The notes beneath the pieces were generated by a model that searched no databases, was not told where the DNA came from, and saw only the letters and a list, made by a program, of their open reading frames with translations. A stretch of 64,000 nucleotides of DNA from Candidatus Nitrosocosmicus sp. (GTDB lineage: Bacteria; Methylomirabilota; Methylomirabilia; Rokubacteriales; CSP1-6), in contig DASRWT010000011.1 of assembly GCA_035654455.1 (NCBI GenBank), positions 15,761 to 79,760 of the forward strand, read 5' to 3'. Shown here piece by piece: positions 59,146 to 64,000 of the stretch; position 1 is the first letter of the stretch; the number at the start of each line of letters is the position of its first letter. Made by a program: the position numbers and the translations under genes.

Positions 59146-60348
59146 GTGCCCGACTCCGCCGGCGCGATCTTCCGCGTCTTCCTCCACCTCGGCCTCACCT
59201 CGTTCGGCGGCCCCATCGCGCATCTCGGGTACTTCCGCCGCGAGTTCGTCGAGCGGCGACAGTGGCTCAGCGAGTCCGCCTACGCGGACCTCGTCGCGCT
59301 CTGCCAGTTCCTGCCGGGACCCGCGTCCTCTCAGGTGGGGTTCGCGGTGGGGCTGTCGCGTGGCGGCCTCGCCGGTGGGCTCGCCGCCTGGGCGGGGTTC
59401 ACCTTGCCCTCGGCCGTCGCGCTGATGGCCTTCGCGCTTGGAGCGGGCGCGATCAGTGGCCCCGCCGGACTGGGGGCACTCCATGGGCTCAAGGTGGTCG
59501 CGGTCGCCGTCGTCGCCCAGGTGGTATGGGGAATGGCGCGTGCCCTCTGTCCCGATCGCGAGCGCGCCAGCATCGCGGTGCTGGCGACGCTCGTCGTGTT
59601 CTTCGCCGCGTCGTCGGCGGGCCAGATCGGCGCCATCGTGCTGGGCGGCGCGCTCGGGCTCTGGCTCTGCCGGGAAGCGACGGCGTCACCCGCCGGCGCG
59701 CTGCCGGTGACGGTGTCGCGAGCGGTCGGCGGGGCCTGTCTCGCCGTGTTCTTCCTGCTGCTGGCCGGGCTTCCGGTCGCGGTGCGGCTCTGGGCGGGAC
59801 ATGCGGTGGCGGTGTTCGAGGCGTTCTATCGCGCCGGCGCGCTCGTCTTCGGCGGCGGGCACGTCGTGCTCCCGCTCCTGCAGGCGGCGGTGGTGCCCCC
59901 GGGGTGGGTGAGCGAGGGCGCCTTTCTCGCCGGCTATGGCGCCGCGCAGGCGGTGCCGGGCCCCCTCTTCACGTTCGCGGCCTATCTGGGCGCGGTGAAG
60001 GCGCCGGTGCCGAACGGGGTGGCGGGCGCCGTCCTCTGCTTGGTCGCGATCTTCCTGCCCGGTCTCCTGGTCCTGACGGGCGCGCTGCCGTTCTGGAGCG
60101 CGTTCCGGCGGCGGATCTGGGCGCAGTCGGCCATGCGCGGGGTGAATGCCGCGGTGGTGGGAATCCTGCTCGCCGCTCTCTACAGTCCCGTCTGGACCGG
60201 CGCCGTGCTGGGCCCCCCCGATTTCGCACTCGCGCTGGTGGCGTTCGTGCTGCTGGCGGTGTGGCAGGCGCCGCCCTGGATGGTCGTGGCGCTGAGCGCC
60301 GCGGCGGGCGCCGCGCTCGGTGTGATGGGAATTGGAGGGGCGGGATAA
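59146..60348 (+). CDS. chrA: chromate transporter (CHR family), long fused form
   Basis: GTG start; duplicated CHR halves with LTSFGGP and ALVFGGGHVVLPLL motifs; 400 aa. Confidence 0.85.
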   Translation: MPDSAGAIFRVFLHLGLTSFGGPIAHLGYFRREFVERRQWLSESAYADLVALCQFLPGPASSQVGFAVGLSRGGLAGGLAAWAGFTLPSAVALMAFALGAGAISGPAGLGALHGLKVVAVAVVAQVVWGMARALCPDRERASIAVLATLVVFFAASSAGQIGAIVLGGALGLWLCREATASPAGALPVTVSRAVGGACLAVFFLLLAGLPVAVRLWAGHAVAVFEAFYRAGALVFGGGHVVLPLLQAAVVPPGWVSEGAFLAGYGAAQAVPGPLFTFAAYLGAVKAPVPNGVAGAVLCLVAIFLPGLLVLTGALPFWSAFRRRIWAQSAMRGVNAAVVGILLAALYSPVWTGAVLGPPDFALALVAFVLLAVWQAPPWMVVALSAAAGAALGVMGIGGAG

Positions 60349-60391
60349 GGGCGGCCGGGAGGCCCGGCCGCCCCCGCGAATCCGCGACTCG

Positions 60392-60721
60392 CTAGGCGAG
60401 CGCGGTGAGCTTCTTCTGGAGCTCCGGCTTCGGCACCGCGCCGATCACCGTGTCGCGCACCTTGCCGTCCTTGACGAAGAGGATGGTCGGGATCGAGCGG
60501 ACCCCGAAGCGCGCGGCCAGCGCGGGATACGTGTCCACGTTCACCTTGGCCAGGGTGACCTTCCCGCCGGACGCCCGGGCCAGGTCCTCGAGCACGGGCC
60601 CCACGGCGCGACAGGGCCCGCACCACTCGGCCCAGAAATCCACCATCAGGACGCCCTCGGCGGTCGAGAACGTCTCGTCGAAGTTCTTGTCGTCGAGATG
60701 CAGCACACCAGGATCAGTCAT
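60392..60721 (-). CDS. trxA: thioredoxin
   Basis: GGAGG RBS before ATG 60721; WCGPC active site; 109 aa aligning with TrxA throughout. Confidence 0.9.
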   Translation of the reverse strand: MTDPGVLHLDDKNFDETFSTAEGVLMVDFWAEWCGPCRAVGPVLEDLARASGGKVTLAKVNVDTYPALAARFGVRSIPTILFVKDGKVRDTVIGAVPKPELQKKLTALA

Positions 60722-60873
60722 GGGTATCGCCTCCACGGTTGAGATGCCGGACCCTCGGGGCCGGGTTCATTCGGGCCGCCTCGGGTTCCGGACGAATCGT
60801 CGGTATCCCTCATGGCATCTTAAGGACAGAGTATGCCGGAACCGCAGGTTCATATAGCCGGTAGCCCAAAGCC

Positions 60874-61809
60874 CTATGCCGGCGGCTCGGCGCCGGTGCG
60901 GTCCACGATCAGCCGGTAGTGCTCGGGGCGGCGGTGCCGCGCGAAGTTGAACACCGTCTCCTTGTAGGAGCGGGCGGCGTCGAGGTCGCAGCGCGCGGTG
61001 GCCAGCTCGTCCCCCAGGGTCGCGCACATCGCCACGATCTCGCCCGAGGGGGCGATGATGGCGCTCTGGCCGATCATGTCGCAGCCCTCCTCCCGGCCGC
61101 ACTTCGCCACGCCCACCACCCAGGTCGCATTCTGATAGGCGCCCGCCTGCATCACGAGGTGATTGTGGAAGGGGCCGAGGAGGTCGTGCTCGGGCGCGGG
61201 CGGATTGTGCACCGGCGTGTTGTAGCCGAGGCAGATCAGCTCCACCCCCTGGAGCCCCATCACGCGGTAGGTCTCCGGCCAGCGCCGGTCATTGCAGATG
61301 CACATGCCCACGACGCCGTCGAAGGCGCGCCACACCGGAAAGCCCAGGTCGCCGACGTCGAAGTAGCGCTTCTCCAGGTGCTGGAAGGCGCGGTAAGGCT
61401 CGTGCTCCGCGTGCCCCGGCAGGTGGACCTTGCGGTACTTGCCCACCAGGGCCCCGCGGCGGTCCACCAGGATGGACGTGTTGTAGCGCCGGGTCCGGCC
61501 GCCTTCCTGGGCCAGCTCGGCATAGCCCAGGCAGAAGCCGATGCCGAGCCGCCGCGCCTCGTCGAAGAGCGGGCGTGTCTCCGGGCCCGGTATCTCGCGC
61601 TCGAAGAAGGCGTCGATCTCCCGCTGGTCCTCCATCCACCAGCGGGGGAAGAACGTGGTGAGCGCGAGCTCGGGAAATACCACCAGCTCGCAGCCGCGCG
61701 CATGCGCCTGGCCGAGCAGGCCGAGGAGGCGCTTGACCACGTCGCCGCGCGACTCGCTCCGCGCGATGGGCCCGAGCTGGGCGGCGCCGATGGTGAGCAC
61801 GCGGGCCAT
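60874..61809 (-). CDS. nitrilase-superfamily hydrolase, N-carbamoyl-D-amino-acid amidohydrolase-like
   Basis: E in VFPEL, K in GKYRKVHLPG, C in GMCICNDRRWPE; 311 aa; start overlaps the stop of the upstream GT2 gene by 1 nt. Confidence 0.85.
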   Translation of the reverse strand: MARVLTIGAAQLGPIARSESRGDVVKRLLGLLGQAHARGCELVVFPELALTTFFPRWWMEDQREIDAFFEREIPGPETRPLFDEARRLGIGFCLGYAELAQEGGRTRRYNTSILVDRRGALVGKYRKVHLPGHAEHEPYRAFQHLEKRYFDVGDLGFPVWRAFDGVVGMCICNDRRWPETYRVMGLQGVELICLGYNTPVHNPPAPEHDLLGPFHNHLVMQAGAYQNATWVVGVAKCGREEGCDMIGQSAIIAPSGEIVAMCATLGDELATARCDLDAARSYKETVFNFARHRRPEHYRLIVDRTGAEPPA

Positions 61810-62861
61810 CAGGTCGCCCGCTCCGCGACGCGCGCACGCGTGAGGTCCTCGCGGCGGTAGTCGAGACGGCGCCGGGCCCGCCGGCCGTCGCGGGCCAGGA
61901 GCCGGATCAGCAACCGCTCCACGCCGCGCACCACCACCTCGAGGCGGGCCCAGACCCAGGAGCCGAGCCGCCAGCCGAGCACGCGACGGAATCCCGCGCG
62001 CACCCGATCGAGGCCCAGCCCACGGTAGCGGTATTCGCGGAGCCAGTCGTATTGCCACGAAAGCCGCGGGTCCTCGGCGAGCTGCCACTTCTCGCGGAAG
62101 TGGCAGAGCGTGGAGAGATTCCACGCGTCGCTCCAGCGGAGCAGGAAGAAGCCGAGATCCGACCAGGCCACCGGCGGCGGCGCCATCCAGGTCACCACCG
62201 CGGCGGGCTCGAGATAGACGGCGCCGCCGGACTGCCGCACCGACGCGCAGAGGTCCGGATGCTCGTTGGCGGTCAGCAGTCCCTCGTCAAGCGGGCCCAG
62301 GCGATCGAACACGTCGCGCCGCGCCAGCATGCAGTGAAACTCCACCAGTTCGGTGGGCGCTCGGCGGAGCGTCGGCCGGAGCGTGGCGAACAGTTTGCCG
62401 GACTGCGCGTGCCGCTCGCGGAAGCGCCGCTGGCCGTTTTCGACCACGAGACCGGCGGTGCCGCCCGCCATGTGCACGGTCTCGATCTCCGGGGGGCCGA
62501 TGCAGTAGAGCGGGCCTACCAGATCGGCGCCCGTCTCGTCAGCACAGCGGACCAGTGCCTCCAGCCAGCCTGGCTGCACGAGGACGTCATTGTCAATGAA
62601 AACCACGTACGGAGTGTCCACGTGGGCCAGCGCCAAGTTCCGCGACTCGTTGGTCGCGAGGCAATCTTCGATCCGAATGAGGCGGAAGCCTCTTTCGCGC
62701 TGGCGCGCCTCGATTGCGCGCCGGACATGGCGCGGAGAGCCGGCGTCCACGTAGACGAGCGTGAACGGGAAAGCGGTGCGCTCGTAGAGTACGTCGAGCG
62801 CCCGCACCGCCATGCTGAAGCGCTCGCGGGGGATGACGGCGATGGTGATCCGGGATGTCAT
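61809..62861 (-). CDS. glycosyltransferase family 2 protein
   Basis: GT-A fold: IAVIPRE ... VYVDAGS ... FIDNDVL (DxD); GGAAG-like RBS 9 nt upstream of ATG 62861. Confidence 0.75.
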   Translation of the reverse strand: MTSRITIAVIPRERFSMAVRALDVLYERTAFPFTLVYVDAGSPRHVRRAIEARQRERGFRLIRIEDCLATNESRNLALAHVDTPYVVFIDNDVLVQPGWLEALVRCADETGADLVGPLYCIGPPEIETVHMAGGTAGLVVENGQRRFRERHAQSGKLFATLRPTLRRAPTELVEFHCMLARRDVFDRLGPLDEGLLTANEHPDLCASVRQSGGAVYLEPAAVVTWMAPPPVAWSDLGFFLLRWSDAWNLSTLCHFREKWQLAEDPRLSWQYDWLREYRYRGLGLDRVRAGFRRVLGWRLGSWVWARLEVVVRGVERLLIRLLARDGRRARRRLDYRREDLTRARVAERAT

Positions 62862-63016
62862 GGTGCCCATCTTCCAGTGGAGATTGTCGCATAACGGGTG
62901 CCAGTTCCGGAGGCGCTGGACCCGCGGTGACTTGGCGGCGCCGGGCCGGCGTGCCCCGCGCGGCTGTAAAGTTCCCCGACGCACGCCGTACCACCGTGGG
63001 ATGCCATAATCCTCGC

Positions 63017-64000
63017 ATGCCTGCCCGCTCCGGCCCGAGGTGCTCGCAGTGTCGTCAGGAGAATCCGGCCGGCGCCCGATTCTGCGTCGGCTGCGGCGCC
63101 CGTCTCGCCTCGACCTGCGCTGGCTGCGGCGCCGATCTCCCGGACGGCGCGCGGTTCTGCCCGGCCTGCGGGCGGGCGGTCGATCCCGTGCCCGCTCCCG
63201 CCGCGCCGGCGGCCCGCCCCGAGCCCGAGTCGTATACTCCGCGCCACCTCGCTGAGAAGATCCTCACCTCGCGCAGCGCCATGCAGGGCGAGCGCAAGCC
63301 TGTCACCGTCCTCTTCTGCGATCTCGTCAGCTCCACCGCGCTGGCGGAGCGGCTGGGCGCCGACGGCATGCACGGCCTCCTCAGCCGGTTCTTCGAGCAG
63401 GCGCTGGCGGAGGTGCATCGCTACGAAGGCACGGTGAACCAGTTCCTGGGCGACGGCTTCATGGCGCTGTTCGGCGCCCCCATCGCTCACGAGGACCACG
63501 CCCGCCGCGCGGTGCTCGCCGCCCTGGACATCCGCCGCGCGGTGGGCGAGCGGCCGCTCGCGCTGCCGTCGGGCGAGGAGGTCCAGCTCACGCTCCGCAT
63601 GGGCCTGCACACGGGCTTCGTGGTGGTGGGCGCCATCGGCGACAACCTGCGCATGGACTACACGGCGGTGGGGGACACGTCGCACCTTGCGGCGCGCTTG
63701 CAACAGGCCGCGGAGCCCGGAGGCATTCTTCTCAGCGACGCCACCGCGCGGCTCGTCGAGGGCTATGCGCTCCTGGAGCCGCGCGGCCCCATGGCCATTC
63801 GCGGGCGGAGCGAGCCCGTGGTGGTGCACGCGCTGACGGGGCGGGGGACGCGGCGCTCCGCGCTGGATCCCGGCGCCGGGCGCGTGCTGAGCCCCTTCGT
63901 GGGACGCGAGCGCGAGCTGGCCACGCTGGGCGACGCGCTGGCCCAGGTGGCGGCCGGCCACGGCCAGGCGGTGGGCGTGGTGGGCGAGCCGGGCGCGGGC
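63017..64000 (+). CDS. N-terminal part (3'-truncated at window edge) of signalling protein: double zinc ribbon + class III adenylate/guanylate cyclase domain + start of AAA ATPase
   Basis: CSQCRQEN..CVGCG..CAGCG..CPACG; cyclase motifs VLFCDLVSST and FLGDGFMALFGAP; P-loop GEPGAG at window end; no stop before 64000. Confidence 0.8.
   Translation, partial: MPARSGPRCSQCRQENPAGARFCVGCGARLASTCAGCGADLPDGARFCPACGRAVDPVPAPAAPAARPEPESYTPRHLAEKILTSRSAMQGERKPVTVLFCDLVSSTALAERLGADGMHGLLSRFFEQALAEVHRYEGTVNQFLGDGFMALFGAPIAHEDHARRAVLAALDIRRAVGERPLALPSGEEVQLTLRMGLHTGFVVVGAIGDNLRMDYTAVGDTSHLAARLQQAAEPGGILLSDATARLVEGYALLEPRGPMAIRGRSEPVVVHALTGRGTRRSALDPGAGRVLSPFVGRERELATLGDALAQVAAGHGQAVGVVGEPGAG

Overview
This is a high-GC (about 70%) bacterial chromosomal segment that is densely coding on both strands; I can support roughly 65 features from the sequence. 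The organism is unknown to me and I did no database search. The six-frame track contains many long antisense or fusion ORFs that I treat as GC artefacts, and I re-derived gene starts from RBS, signal-peptide or family N-terminus cues.

**Content by region**
- **1-2048:** 3'-truncated C-terminal AAA/TPR part of a large signalling ATPase, followed by a secreted hypothetical protein.
- **3138-10240:** Minus-strand Liv-type ABC transporter with an unusual single-ORF LivM permease plus LivG ATPase fusion, then LivF, a substrate-binding protein and LivH. Next to it is a plus-strand trio: a nitrilase-superfamily C-N hydrolase, a 61-aa GatC-like protein and an amidase-signature amidase. I read this as an AtzG/AtzE-like heteromeric amidase arrangement.
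- **10240-12110:** A decayed integrative-element remnant containing a frameshifted, truncated tyrosine-integrase C-terminus and a RidA C-terminal fragment. It abuts tRNA-Ala(GGC), followed by an SDR gene and tRNA-Leu(CAA).
- **12388-15360:** Three prepilin-type minor pilin or pseudopilin genes (PilV/GspI-like, PilW/GspJ-like, PilX/GspK-like) followed by a lipoprotein. No pilus ATPase or secretin is present in the window.
- **15381-26614:** An SDR, a HAMP histidine kinase with a CheY-like receiver, an orphan TRAP substrate-binding protein, a HEAT-repeat protein translationally coupled to an HD-GYP phosphodiesterase, and a hybrid GAF histidine kinase followed by a degenerate receiver-like protein.
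- **26849-36009:** A Dpp/Opp-type five-gene ABC operon, a DapA-family lyase, and a pair of acyl-CoA dehydrogenases.
- **36034-44891:** A GC hairpin with a 20-aa lysine-rich mini-ORF, a secreted HD-motif protein with a polytopic membrane protein, a CPXCG zinc-ribbon mini-protein divergent from a glycine-rich RRM protein, and PEP carboxylase. Then an SPFH/Band-7 protein with a C-terminal zinc ribbon, a multi-zinc-ribbon protein, a DUF1508-like protein and RidA.
- **44958-62861:** A Tat-signal class II aldolase, a double-PAS protein with a Cys/His tail, a PfkB kinase, a Zn alcohol dehydrogenase, an SsuE/SsuD-like flavin reductase and monooxygenase pair with an FAD monooxygenase, a Gfo/Idh/MocA oxidoreductase, a Prx5 peroxiredoxin, squalene-hopene cyclase, a Mur ligase, an M24 peptidase, ChrA, thioredoxin, an N-carbamoyl-D-amino-acid hydrolase-like enzyme and a GT2 glycosyltransferase.
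- **63017-64000:** 5' part of a zinc-ribbon, class III cyclase and AAA regulator that is paralogous to the truncated protein at the window start.

I found no CRISPR array and no rRNA gene.

Nothing here is a clear-cut, complete novel system. The most interesting candidates are the GatC-like plus amidase module, the HEAT/HD-GYP paired-domain module, the SPFH-zinc-ribbon cluster, the orphan minor-pilin set beside tRNA-Leu, the tRNA-Ala island remnant and the lysine-rich mini-ORF.
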